A DNA stretch of 63,306 nucleotides from Actinomycetota bacterium (GTDB lineage Bacteria; Actinomycetota; UBA4738; HRBIN12): contig JBKPKU010000015.1 in the NCBI GenBank assembly GCA_046731295.1, forward strand, positions 1-63,306, written 5' to 3'. Both the position numbers and the translations under genes were made by a program. Every line of letters starts with the position of its first letter. Within the stretch, counting starts at the first letter, position 1. The notes beneath the pieces were generated by a model, which worked only from the letters and a program-made list of their open reading frames with translations, had not been told where the DNA came from and did no database searches. Below, in pieces: positions 9,287 through 19,075 of the stretch.

Positions 9287-10318
9287 ATGTTGATCAGGCG
9301 TCGGGTCTTCCAAACAGGCGGGGTCGCGATCGAGGACGTCGCCTGCCGCACCCCGGGTGGGAAAGACGAGGAGACCGGGGTCGGCTCCCAACACGCTCTC
9401 GTCTTGGTGCGACGCGGCTGCTTCGAACGCAGCGTCGAAGGAGTCGTGGCGCTGCTAGATCCGACGGTCGCCTACTTCATGGAGCCGGGCGAGGAGGAAC
9501 GCTTCCGTCACCCGCAGCGGAGCGGAGACGACTGCACCGCGATCGTTCTGGATCCTGCGCTCGCGGCATCGATCGGGGGCGGCGAGCCGACACTCCCTAG
9601 GGACCCCCTGCCGATCCCGCCGCCACTCGACCTGGCCCATCGGCTGCTACTCGCCGGAGCGGACAGAGGCGTCGATCCTGAGACGCTCACGGAACGGGCG
9701 ATCTCAGTCGCTGCAGCAGCGCTCGAACAGATCGATCCAGAACGCGTCGTCGCCGGCCGACCCGCGACGGCCCGGGCCCGCCGGGCAATCGTCGCCGACG
9801 CTCGCGAGCTGCTCGCCGCGGATCCAGGCTGCTCGCTGCCGCAGCTCGCGCGCTCGCTTGCGGTCTCCCCCCATCATCTCAGCCGCATCTTTCGGGCCGT
9901 GACCGGTCACACGATCTCCCGTCATCGCATGCGCCTCCGCGCGCGTGCCGCGGTCGAGCGGCTTGCGGGCGGCGAGGACGACCTGGCCAGGCTCGCTGCA
10001 GACGTCGGCTTTGCCGATCAGAGTCACCTCTGCCGTGTCGTCCGCGCGGAGACCGGGCAGGTTCCCTCTGAGCTCCGCACGTCGATCGGCCGTCGTGTGA
10101 CCCCCGAGGGCAGGGACAATTTCCCGCTCCGCCGTGATTTCCAGGGCGGTCCTGTCGTTCCCCGACGCGACACACTCTGGCCATCGAAAGGCCAACTCGT
10201 TGTGGAAGCCTCTTGGTTGGACGCTCTTTCCCGCACTGGAGGGAGGCCGAGTTGGGGAGCTTCGCAAGGTGTCCCGTGTGCGACCAGGAGTTCCCGATAT
10301 GGGGACCCGATTGCGTGA
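9287..10318 (+). CDS. AraC family transcriptional regulator (divergent from MFS)
   Basis: VSPHHLSRIFR, GFADQSHLCR; the last ~75 aa look like a non-conserved extension. Confidence 0.85.
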   Translation: MLIRRRVFQTGGVAIEDVACRTPGGKDEETGVGSQHALVLVRRGCFERSVEGVVALLDPTVAYFMEPGEEERFRHPQRSGDDCTAIVLDPALAASIGGGEPTLPRDPLPIPPPLDLAHRLLLAGADRGVDPETLTERAISVAAAALEQIDPERVVAGRPATARARRAIVADARELLAADPGCSLPQLARSLAVSPHHLSRIFRAVTGHTISRHRMRLRARAAVERLAGGEDDLARLAADVGFADQSHLCRVVRAETGQVPSELRTSIGRRVTPEGRDNFPLRRDFQGGPVVPRRDTLWPSKGQLVVEASWLDALSRTGGRPSWGASQGVPCATRSSRYGDPIA

Positions 10319-10410
10319 TGGTTCACTTGCTCGCGGTTCATGCCGACACACCTGAGGCTCGCTGGATCATGCAGCAGCTAGGGGCACCCGTGATGCAGCC
10401 TTCAGGCTGA
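10213..10410 (+). CDS. Small putative C2H2-like zinc-binding protein
   Basis: CPVC-x14-HLLAVH followed by an amphipathic helix; overlaps the AraC tail. Confidence 0.4.
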   Translation: MVGRSFPHWREAELGSFARCPVCDQEFPIWGPDCVMVHLLAVHADTPEARWIMQQLGAPVMQPSG

Positions 10411-10542
10411 GACCTGGGCCTGTAGGACGCCGTCCTGCACGCGTCGCCATGCCGGCGTCGCCGCTCGGCGGGGCGAGATCGTGTACGCGACATACGCCGC
10501 ATGCACTACCACGAGGATCGGTCGGCGGCGTAGGCTTCGCCG

Positions 10543-11277
10543 ATGGCCCACACCCCGCGACTGATCGCCAACGTGGACCGGCGGGTGCTGCGCACCTCGA
10601 TCGTCGCGGCCGCGCTGTGCCTCGTCACGTTCCTCATCCTGCGGCTCTCGCTCCTTCTCCTCGACGGACCATCGCCCTTCGACGTCTGGCTCTGGGACCA
10701 CATTCGGCAACCACATCCGTCGCAAGGGATGAAGATCGTCGAGCACATGGCCGCTCTCCCTGGCTCTCGCAAAGGTGCGGCGGCACTGATCCTGGGCGTC
10801 GGTGCGTGGGCGTGGTTCCGCCGAGGAGACGTTCGGCCCGGTGTGTTGCTGATCGCGGCAGTCCTGGTGACGACTGCAACGGTCGAGGTCTTGAAGAGGC
10901 TGCTCGTGCACGTGACGCCCATCACCCCGATCGGCGAACGGTGGAATCGCGCCTTCTTGTCCTCACATGTGGCCGTCGCGGCGGCTGTGTTCGCGATGCT
11001 CGTTGTCATCATCTGGCTCTTTGGACATCGAGACCTGCTCCCTCTGGCGGTGGCGGTCGCCATCGTGCTGGTTAGTGCCGTCGCGCTATCGGTGATGGCG
11101 ACCGACAAGCACTACTTCGTCGACGTCGTGTCCGGGGCGGCGGTCGCCGGCTTCTGGGTCTCCGTCCTCGCTCCCGTAGGTGACCTCATGTGGAGACGCC
11201 CCCCCGCACCGACATCTCCGGCACCATCGCCAGAGCGGGCAGAGCGGGCCGAGGTGGGAGGCGGCCAGGACCCCTGA
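10543..11277 (+). CDS. PAP2 superfamily membrane phosphatase
   Basis: LKRL, AFLSSH (FPSGH-like), HYFVDVVSG; several TM helices. Confidence 0.8.
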   Translation: MAHTPRLIANVDRRVLRTSIVAAALCLVTFLILRLSLLLLDGPSPFDVWLWDHIRQPHPSQGMKIVEHMAALPGSRKGAAALILGVGAWAWFRRGDVRPGVLLIAAVLVTTATVEVLKRLLVHVTPITPIGERWNRAFLSSHVAVAAAVFAMLVVIIWLFGHRDLLPLAVAVAIVLVSAVALSVMATDKHYFVDVVSGAAVAGFWVSVLAPVGDLMWRRPPAPTSPAPSPERAERAEVGGGQDP

Positions 11278-11501
11278 GTCTGGGGGCGAGGAACTAATCC
11301 GGAACGTGTTCGTGATGCTGACGCTCGTCGCAGGGAACCATCGCTCCGTCTCTGCGGTCCTCAGCAGCTCTCCTCCGAAGAGAGAACGTGCCCGGTCCGG
11401 GGAGGGTTGCTCGGGTTCGCCCAACGGCCCGCACGCCTGAGCCCTGCGCCCCGGTTCCAACGCTCCGCTCGATGTGCCCGCCGCTGACTACAGTGCCAAC
11501 C

Positions 11502-13607
11502 ATGGTTGCGCCGACGCGGGTCACGCTGGTTCCGCACACGCACTGGGACCGCGAGTGGTACGAGCCGTTCTCGGTCTTCTCCGAGCGGCTCGTCGGGATG
11601 ATGGACACGCTCCTCGACCTCACCGCCCAGGGGTTCCCTCACTTCCATCTCGACGGACAGACCGCGATGATCGATGACTACCTCGAGCGCCGCCCGGAGC
11701 GCTCGCGGGACATCGCCGGCGCGGTCTCGGCGGGGCGCCTGTCCGCCGGTCCGTGGGTCACCCAGATGGACGAGTTCCTGACCTCGGGCGAGTCACTCAT
11801 CCGCAACCTCGAGATGGGGATCGAACGGGCACGCTCGCTCGGCCGGACGCTCGAGGTCGGTTACATGCCGGATCAGTTCGGACACATCGGGCAGATGCCG
11901 CAGATCCTCCGGCTCGCCGGGATCGAGCGGGCGATGGTGTGGCGTGGCGTCCCGAGCGCGATCGGCACCTCCACGTTCCGCTGGCGCTCGCCCGACGGGA
12001 GCGAGGTCCTGACCGAATCGCTCCCGCTCGGCTACTCGAGCGGCTCGTCGCTGCTGCGGACCGAGGACCCCGAGTCGCTCGCGACCGCGCTCGGCACGGA
12101 GGTCGCGCGCCTGCTCCCCTACACGCAGGACGGTCGCATCGTCGTGATGGTCGGCTACGACCACGCCGGACCGGATGCGACGCTGCCGTCCCGGCTCGAG
12201 CGTGCACCGTTGCCAGAGGACCTCGACGTGCGGGTAGGCAGCGTTGCGTCGCACGTGCAGGCGCTCGAGGCGAGCGACGACCTGCCGGTCTGGATCGGCG
12301 AGCTCCGTTCGGGCGCTCGTGCACACCTCCTGCCGAACGTGTACTCCGCGCGCGTGCACCAGAAGCGCGAACGGGGACGCGTCGAGGCGCTCCTCGAGCG
12401 ATATGCCGAGCCGCTTGCGGCGCTCGTGCCGGGGTTCCGCGCGCCCGAGGAGGACCTGCGACGAGCGTGGACCCTGCTCCTGTGGAACGGCGCGCACGAC
12501 TCGGCCTGCGGCTGCTCGCACGACCAGGTCGCGATCGACGTCGACGCCCGGTTCGCGGACGCAAGGCGACTCGCGTCCTCGATCGCAGAACGAGCGCTGA
12601 CGGCGCTCGGCGAGCAGGTCGGCGCCCGAGGGACGCTCCGGTTCAACCCCTCGCCGTTCGAACGCGACGGCGTCCCGGCCCTCGGCTACGCGGTCGTGGA
12701 CGAGATCCCCGAGCCGGCGCTCGCGCACGTCCAGCTGGATAGGATCGCCGGGGGCGCCTCCGCCGACGGCGTACGGATCCGGCTCCTGGACGAGCCGGAC
12801 GTCGGGGACCTCTACACCTTCTGCCCCGAGGACGTGTCGCAGATCGCCGCCCCGCCGGAGCGCGTCGAGCTCTCGGCCGACGGTTTCACGGTGAGATGGG
12901 ACGGGCTCGTGGTCGAGATCCGGGTGACACGACGACCCGGTGAGCCATTCCTGCGGCTCGAGGGCGTCGTCCGGAACGACAGGCCCGACCACCGTCTTCG
13001 GCTGCACGTCGGCCTTCCGTCCCGTGTAACGCGAGCGATCGCCGGCGCGCCGTTCGAGCTCGTCGAGCGATCCCTCGTCGGCGAGGGCGGCAATGAGGAG
13101 TCCCCGTCCCCGACGTGGCCGGCACGACACGTCGTGCTCGCGGGCGGCAGGGCCGTGTTCCACGAGGGCGTGTTCGAGTACGAAATAGCCGACGGGCGCG
13201 AGATCGCCGTCACGCTCCTGCGCTGCGTCGGCACGATCAGCCGCGAGCGGCTCGCGACGAGGCCGTGGCCGGCGGGTCCCGCGACCCCTACGCCCGGCGC
13301 TCAGATGTTCGGCGAGACGCGATTCTCGCTCGGGATCCAGGCGGCCGCCACGCGCGATGCTCTGCTCCGCCCCTGGGAGCGGTTCGCGCTCCCGCTGCTC
13401 GAAGCGCCCGTCGCAGGCGGCGGCGCCTTCCCGCCGCTCGGGACCCTGCTCGAGGTCGCCGACTTCGACGTCGAGCTCTCGACGATCCGGCGCCGCGACG
13501 GCGTCGAGGTTCGGGTCTGGAACCCCCACGCGGATCGCAGGGCCGGCGGGACGATCGCTGCCCGCCGGGTGACGGTCGAGCCCGCGGGCATCGTGACACT
13601 CGTCTGA
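11502..13607 (+). CDS. Glycoside hydrolase family 38 (alpha-mannosidase/mannosylglycerate hydrolase-like)
   Basis: HTHWDREW, FHLDGQ, YMPDQFGH, HDSACGCS. Confidence 0.92.
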   Translation: MVAPTRVTLVPHTHWDREWYEPFSVFSERLVGMMDTLLDLTAQGFPHFHLDGQTAMIDDYLERRPERSRDIAGAVSAGRLSAGPWVTQMDEFLTSGESLIRNLEMGIERARSLGRTLEVGYMPDQFGHIGQMPQILRLAGIERAMVWRGVPSAIGTSTFRWRSPDGSEVLTESLPLGYSSGSSLLRTEDPESLATALGTEVARLLPYTQDGRIVVMVGYDHAGPDATLPSRLERAPLPEDLDVRVGSVASHVQALEASDDLPVWIGELRSGARAHLLPNVYSARVHQKRERGRVEALLERYAEPLAALVPGFRAPEEDLRRAWTLLLWNGAHDSACGCSHDQVAIDVDARFADARRLASSIAERALTALGEQVGARGTLRFNPSPFERDGVPALGYAVVDEIPEPALAHVQLDRIAGGASADGVRIRLLDEPDVGDLYTFCPEDVSQIAAPPERVELSADGFTVRWDGLVVEIRVTRRPGEPFLRLEGVVRNDRPDHRLRLHVGLPSRVTRAIAGAPFELVERSLVGEGGNEESPSPTWPARHVVLAGGRAVFHEGVFEYEIADGREIAVTLLRCVGTISRERLATRPWPAGPATPTPGAQMFGETRFSLGIQAAATRDALLRPWERFALPLLEAPVAGGGAFPPLGTLLEVADFDVELSTIRRRDGVEVRVWNPHADRRAGGTIAARRVTVEPAGIVTLV

Positions 13608-13615
13608 TCGGCGCG

Positions 13616-13969
13616 TCAGCAGGTCACATGCAGGATCGCGTTGGTGCCTGCCGGTGCTCGTTCGAGCTCCTGAATCGCCTCGGACGTCGGAAGGACGATC
13701 AGCTCCACACCCCGACGGCTCGCTTCCTGGGCGACGTCGTCGACGACGGGGAGGCCGCCGGCGGCACCGCTCCCGATCACGAGCCGCCGGCAGTCCCAGG
13801 GGATGTCCTCGTCCAACGACAGTGGCGTGTGCCCGAACCGCGACCGGAGAGGCTTGGACGGCCCCTTCTTCCGCTTCCGAACCCGACCCCGATCGATCAC
13901 GAGGTCGTGGTCGTAGGTCGTCCCGTCCACCTGGATCGATCCGAAGGCGAATCGTTCGACTCGCATCAT
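13616..13969 (-). CDS. Mth938/DUF498-like protein
   Basis: FGSIQVDGTTYDHD...LVIGSG...AILHVTC. Confidence 0.85.
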   Translation of the reverse strand: MMRVERFAFGSIQVDGTTYDHDLVIDRGRVRKRKKGPSKPLRSRFGHTPLSLDEDIPWDCRRLVIGSGAAGGLPVVDDVAQEASRRGVELIVLPTSEAIQELERAPAGTNAILHVTC

Positions 13970-14068
13970 CGCCAGTGTAGGTACCCCGATCGGCGGGGCC
14001 ATATTCGGCCCTCCGCCAACCCCTCGGATCGCATTGCTATCGTCGATACGCAGGAACGAGGCGATCGA

Positions 14069-14986
14069 ATGAATCGGACGGGCAGGCCCCACGAGATCGA
14101 GCCGACGACACTCGACATCTCGGTCGTCCTTCGCGCGCGCGCCGAGATCGGGGAATCGCCGGTTTGGAGCCAACGCACGCAAGAGCTCTATTTCGTCGAC
14201 ATCGCCGGGCAGGCGATCCACGCCTACCGTCCGTCCGACCGTCGCCATCGCGTCTTCGGGCTGCCGGATCTGGTGACCTCCGTATCGCTCCGTGAACGGG
14301 GTGGCCTCGTCCTGTCGCTTCGCAAGACATTGGCGTTCTACGAGCCGGAGACCGATCACCTCGAGCTCCTCGCCGATCCCGAGCCCGACCGGCCGGGGAA
14401 TCGGTTCAACGACGCCCGGTGCGATCCGCAGGGACGTCTCTGGGCGGGCACTATGAGCGCCGATGATTGGTTGGCGCCCACGGGGGCCGTCTACCGACTC
14501 GATCCCGATCAGCGGGTCACGCGCATGATCGACGAGGTCGCTTGTTCGAACGGGACGGGCTGGAGCCCCGACGGCCGCACGATCTACCACACGCAGAGCT
14601 TCCGCTACGCGATCCACGCCTACGACTTCGACGCCGAGACCGGAACGATCGCGAACCGGCGAACCTTCGTGACGCTTCCGCCCGATGGCGGAGGCTTCCC
14701 CGACGGCCTGACGGTGGACGAGCACGGGTTCGTGTGGAGCGCCCAGCCCGTCTACGGACGTGTTGTCCGGTATGACCCGGATGGCGGCGTCGACCGGATC
14801 ATCTCGTTACCCGTCTCCCGGGGAACCAGCTGCACCTTCGGTGGTCCCGACCACCGCACCCTCTTCATCACCTCCGCCACCGAGACGCTGACGGAAGCCC
14901 AGATCGCGGAGGAGCCGCTGGCGGGGAGCGTGTTCGCGTGCAGCCCGGGGGTCCGGGGCATCCCCGCGTCCCTCTTCGCTGGTTGA
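14069..14986 (+). CDS. SMP-30/gluconolactonase/LRE family protein
   Basis: GESPVW, NRFNDARCDPQGRLWAGTM, SNGTGWSPDG, PDGLTVD, CTFGG. Confidence 0.93.
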   Translation: MNRTGRPHEIEPTTLDISVVLRARAEIGESPVWSQRTQELYFVDIAGQAIHAYRPSDRRHRVFGLPDLVTSVSLRERGGLVLSLRKTLAFYEPETDHLELLADPEPDRPGNRFNDARCDPQGRLWAGTMSADDWLAPTGAVYRLDPDQRVTRMIDEVACSNGTGWSPDGRTIYHTQSFRYAIHAYDFDAETGTIANRRTFVTLPPDGGGFPDGLTVDEHGFVWSAQPVYGRVVRYDPDGGVDRIISLPVSRGTSCTFGGPDHRTLFITSATETLTEAQIAEEPLAGSVFACSPGVRGIPASLFAG

Positions 14987-15024
14987 GCGTGTTCGCGGCA
15001 TGTCCCTCGACTGCGTCTTTCGGT

Positions 15025-15783
15025 TCATCCCCCAGTGCGGAACGACGGGAGCGCGGTGATCGTCTGGTTACCGCTCACGTCCCGCGCTAGAACCTCTCCA
15101 CCGGTCTTGGTTCCGGGCTCGAGGAACTCACCGGGAATCGTGACGCTGGTCACATCGGGTGGCACGTACATGCTCAATTCCCGATCGCCCTGGTCCACGA
15201 TGACTTGATAAGTGACGATGTGGACGCCCGCCGGTTTGGTCACGGGCTCCCATGAGACGGTGAATCCGGTGGGGTCGACGAGGTCACCTTCCGTCGGAGA
15301 CGTCACCTTCGGCGCTCCCGGGATCAGATGCGTCAGCTCGTCCTTCCCGACCAGCCTGCGCCCATCGTCGGTGACGCCCCTGAAGCGGTACGTCCCTTCG
15401 GGGAAGCGCCTCTTGAACGTGGCGAACGGAACCTCCGTGAACGACGGCTCGCTCGCCTCCAGGAACAACTCGCTCAGACCGAAGGGGCGACGCAGCCGAC
15501 CCCGCGAACCGATGTGGATGAGCACCCTGCCCTCGGTGTCGTAGAGCGCGAATCGCTTCCAGCTCTCGGCATCGGCGCCGAGTTGCAGACCGGCGTCCCC
15601 GTCGGTCGCGTTGTACTCGATGTACAGATCGTGCTGCTCGAATCGGATCGGCTTGGCCGTCCCCGAACGTGCGGCCTCGTTCCCGGGGCGGGCAGAGCCG
15701 GCGGTCGCCAGTCCACTCCACAGGACTGCCGTTCCTGCCGCTATGGCGATCGCGGCGGTTGCCGAGGCAACCTTCCTGAGCAT
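15025..15783 (-). CDS. Secreted protein with C-terminal FN3-like beta-sandwich
   Basis: Signal peptide, IEYNATDGDAGLQ, VSWEPV..YQV; SD ggaggga. Confidence 0.7.
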   Translation of the reverse strand: MLRKVASATAAIAIAAGTAVLWSGLATAGSARPGNEAARSGTAKPIRFEQHDLYIEYNATDGDAGLQLGADAESWKRFALYDTEGRVLIHIGSRGRLRRPFGLSELFLEASEPSFTEVPFATFKRRFPEGTYRFRGVTDDGRRLVGKDELTHLIPGAPKVTSPTEGDLVDPTGFTVSWEPVTKPAGVHIVTYQVIVDQGDRELSMYVPPDVTSVTIPGEFLEPGTKTGGEVLARDVSGNQTITALPSFRTGG

Positions 15784-16041
15784 CGGTCCCTCCTTCCGCG
15801 AGGACACGGTTGAGATGTTGCGACCGCGGTCATGAGGGGGTGATGAGAGGACCCCTCGCCTAGGCATGTACCGAGGCAGAACGCCACCCGGTGCGACCTG
15901 GACGGGCGGGGGTGCGCATAGTCCGAACGGGTGATGGCCGCATAGGCCGCGTCGTGACAGACCCGTAGAGCCATCGTGCGACATGACGAGTGGCAAGCGG
16001 GATGGTACTCAACGGTCTTCGCCTACCGGGAGCCCGCAGCC

Positions 16042-17277
16042 ATGTCCATCCTCGAACGCCCCCCCTTGCCACCGCCACCGGCGTTCGGGTCGACGCCTCG
16101 CAGCGACCGCCTCCGAGTGGTCACGGGGGGCCACGTCGGCCACCTCGAGGCTCGGCTCGGCACGAGCGGGTTCGACGTGGTCGCGGTCGCCGAAACGGAG
16201 CACGCGTTGATCGATGCGGTCTCGGCGGACGAGCCAGATGCGATCGTCGTCGACGCCGACCTCTGCGAGTCGCTCGAGCACGTTCGAGATCTCGCACCCG
16301 ATGCCGTGCTCATCGTCGTCGGCGATCACACGCCCGCCGGCGCGCTCGGTCGCATCGAGCCCGGTGTCTCGGGCACCGTGATGGCCGGACTCCTGCATGC
16401 CCTGATCGCCGAGGGCGTCGGGGCGGCGTCCGTGTGGGGGCTCGTGCCCGCGTTCCAGTCGGGGGCCACGCTCCAGGTCCCGCAGCCCGTGGTCGGTCCC
16501 CTGCTATACGCGAAACTGGATCTCCTGCGGGAGTACCTCGTGAACGCGCTGAACGTGTTTCGCGACCACGCGGAGCTCGTTGCGGGGGCGAGCACCGTCG
16601 CGGTCACCGTTTCCGCGGGCGTTCTGCTGACGCTGGGCGGGCCGCGCACCGACGAAGGTCCGGCGCGCGTCCCCGTTCCCGCGCACGCCATGGAACGTAC
16701 GCCACAGGAGCGCGCGCCGGAGCCTTTCGTCTTCGCTGTGTCACTGACGAAGTCCCCCCTTGGTCCCTTCCGGATCGATCGCGAGACCGGCGCTCGGCGG
16801 GAGCCGAACCGCGGTTCCTTCAGGGATCATGGTCGTCACCATGGTCCGGTCGTGAACGAAGGCAACGACGGTCAGGTCGTGAACGAAGGCAACGACGGCC
16901 AGGTCGTGAGCGAAGGCAACGACGGCCAGGTCGTGAACGAAGGCAACGACGGCCAGGTCGTGAGCCAAGGCAACCACGATCACGGCACGAGCGAGGATCC
17001 TCACGGCCAGAACGGGGACGTTCAAGGCCAGCACGACGACCCCCATGGAAAGGGTGAGGACGATCAGGGCGTCAACCAGGACGAGGATGATCAGAGCCAG
17101 GGCGAGGCCAGCGAGGTGGGCGACGGCGACGACCAGGGCAACGAAGGTGCGGCCAGCGAAGGACAGGATGACCAGGGCGAGAACGGATCAGCTGGCGACC
17201 AGGGCGGGGACAACGACGACCAAGGCGAAGACAACGACGGTGGGACGACGACCAGTGACCCAACCGCTCCGCTTTGA
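16042..17277 (+). CDS. Pseudo-receiver domain + hydrophobic segment + acidic G/N/D/Q repeat tail protein, paralog 1
   Basis: GFDVVAVAET..EPDAIVVD receiver-like; TM-like TVAVTVSAGVLLTL; VVNEGNDGQ repeats. Confidence 0.7.
   Translation: MSILERPPLPPPPAFGSTPRSDRLRVVTGGHVGHLEARLGTSGFDVVAVAETEHALIDAVSADEPDAIVVDADLCESLEHVRDLAPDAVLIVVGDHTPAGALGRIEPGVSGTVMAGLLHALIAEGVGAASVWGLVPAFQSGATLQVPQPVVGPLLYAKLDLLREYLVNALNVFRDHAELVAGASTVAVTVSAGVLLTLGGPRTDEGPARVPVPAHAMERTPQERAPEPFVFAVSLTKSPLGPFRIDRETGARREPNRGSFRDHGRHHGPVVNEGNDGQVVNEGNDGQVVSEGNDGQVVNEGNDGQVVSQGNHDHGTSEDPHGQNGDVQGQHDDPHGKGEDDQGVNQDEDDQSQGEASEVGDGDDQGNEGAASEGQDDQGENGSAGDQGGDNDDQGEDNDGGTTTSDPTAPL
16849..16975 (+). repeat. Coding 27-bp tandem repeat (~4.7 copies, VV(N/S)EGNDGQ)
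   Basis: gtcgtgaacgaaggcaacgacgg(t/c)cag repeated without spacers. Confidence 0.95.
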
Positions 17278-17378
17278 GCGGCCACTGGAATCGGAGCGAC
17301 GGCGCAGATCATGCTGCACGCCACGCGCGGACTCCCCTGGCAGTAGGTCCACCGTTCAGCCGTGCCCAAGTTGGGCGA

Positions 17379-17591
17379 TTGACCCGCGACGATCGGCTTC
17401 GTAGCCTTTCGGATACGACCCGCCACATCCCTCACCCGTCACTGTGCCCGCGATGCGCTCAGCACCTGGCGCGTCTGTATCTCAGCGCATTCGTCGGCGG
17501 GCAGGCGATCGTACGTCCCGACGAACTCTGTGCGATCTGTCAGATCCGGCTCCAGGAGTTCGCCCGGTGTCATCGTCGAGAGGTCGCCTGA
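17379..17591 (+). CDS. Small putative zinc-binding protein (CxxC...CxxC)
   Basis: CPRC and CAIC pairs; start uncertain. Confidence 0.4.
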   Translation: MTRDDRLRSLSDTTRHIPHPSLCPRCAQHLARLYLSAFVGGQAIVRPDELCAICQIRLQEFARCHRREVA

Positions 17592-17863
17592 GCGCTGAGG
17601 CCCTGCCCCACATCGCGCCGTGGGCCGCGCGGGATTTGGACCCATCGGGAGGCCGTACCGCGAAAGCGCATGGGAGAGAGACCTGCTGACGATGCGAACG
17701 CCGCACGGACCAAGGGCGTGCATCGATAGTCCGAATGGTGACGGCCGCGTCGTATCGGCTAGTAGGACCATCATGCGACGTGACCGCCGGCGCACGCGAT
17801 GGTACTCATGTGGGTGGTTTCCGTAGGAAGTGGTGTACGACCGCCCACCGGGAGCCAGCGACC

Positions 17864-19075
17864 ATGTCGATCCTCAAACGTTCCCCATCGCCGCAGGCTG
17901 CCGCGAGGCCACCCAGCGGCCGGCTCAGCGTGATCACCGCGGGAAGCCTCGGCAACGTGGAGGCTCGGCTCGGATCGAGTGGTTTTGACATCGTCGCCGT
18001 CGCCGAGACGGAGGACGCGCTGGTCGATGCCGTCTCGGCGGAGGAGCCGGACGCGATCGTCGTCGAGGCCGATCTCTGCGCCTCGCTCGAGCACGTTCGA
18101 GATCTCGCACCCGACGCCGTGCTGATCGCCGTCGGCGATCACACGCCCGCCGGCGCGCTCGGTCGCATCGAGCGCGGTGTCTCGGGCACGGTGATGGCCG
18201 GACTCCTGCACGCCCTGATCGCCGAAGGCGTCGGCGGGGCCGTCGCGTGGGGGCTCGTGCCCGCGCTCCGATCGGGTGCCACGCTGAACGCTTTCCAGGG
18301 CTTGGGCGGATCGCTGCTGTCCGCGAAAGCGGACCTCATCCGAGAGCATCTCGTGAACGCGTTTCGCAACCACACCGAACTCGTTGCCGTGGCGACGACG
18401 GTCGCGGTGACCGCTTCCGCGAGCCTTGTGCTGACGGTGAGCGCGCCGAGCGCGGACGAACCTCCGGCGCGCGTCCCCCTCACCACGCCGACCGCTGAAC
18501 CGCCGCCGCAGGAACGCGCCCCACAGCATCCGGTTCCAACGGTGTTTTCATCGCTCCCCGCCGCTGCCCCCTCCGGGATCGAGGGCGACCCCGGCGACCG
18601 ACGGGGGCCGAACGGTGGTGAGTCGAAGGATCATGGTCGTCACGACGATCGGGGCGAGAACGGGAACGACCAAAGCCAGAACGGGAACCACCAAGGCGAG
18701 ACCCGGAACGACCAAGGCGAGAACGGAGACAACCAAGGCGAGACCGGCAACGACCAAGGCGAAGACGGGAACGACCAAGGCCAGCAAGGGAACGACCAAG
18801 GCCAGCAAGGGAACGACCAAGGCGAAGACGGGAACGACCAAGGCCAGCAAGGGAACGACCAAGGCTGGGACGGGGTCAACCAAGGCCGAGAACGGGTACG
18901 ACCAGGGCGGGCACAACGACGATCAAGCGTGAGCCAGGACGACCACCATCAGGAGGAGAGCCTGGTCGTCCCCGCGTCCGCTCGCCGAGATCGAGCCGGA
19001 TGGCTCTCGGTCCGGCGAGCACGCCGGTCTAGCGCGCTCGCCGAACCTCGGAGCGCTGCTCGCGGTAGTGGATGA
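17864..19075 (+). CDS. Pseudo-receiver + hydrophobic segment + GNDQG repeat tail protein, paralog 2 (probable frameshift near 18886)
   Basis: Highly similar to 16042-17277; the repeat-like tail ENGYDQGGHNDDQA* continues in another frame to 18932. Confidence 0.7.
   Translation: MSILKRSPSPQAAARPPSGRLSVITAGSLGNVEARLGSSGFDIVAVAETEDALVDAVSAEEPDAIVVEADLCASLEHVRDLAPDAVLIAVGDHTPAGALGRIERGVSGTVMAGLLHALIAEGVGGAVAWGLVPALRSGATLNAFQGLGGSLLSAKADLIREHLVNAFRNHTELVAVATTVAVTASASLVLTVSAPSADEPPARVPLTTPTAEPPPQERAPQHPVPTVFSSLPAAAPSGIEGDPGDRRGPNGGESKDHGRHDDRGENGNDQSQNGNHQGETRNDQGENGDNQGETGNDQGEDGNDQGQQGNDQGQQGNDQGEDGNDQGQQGNDQGWDGVNQGRERVRPGRAQRRSSVSQDDHHQEESLVVPASARRDRAGWLSVRRARRSSALAEPRSAARGSG
18653..18866 (+). 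repeat. Coding 21-bp tandem repeat (~10 copies, GNDQGxx)
   Basis: gggaacgaccaaggc core every 21 bp. Confidence 0.93.

Noticed and set aside
11280-11500. Riboswitch upstream of the GH38 gene
   Set aside because: Only short hairpins; no recognisable aptamer consensus
16849-18866. CRISPR array from the 27-bp and 21-bp repeats
   Set aside because: No unique spacers, unit lengths are multiples of 3 and in frame, no cas genes
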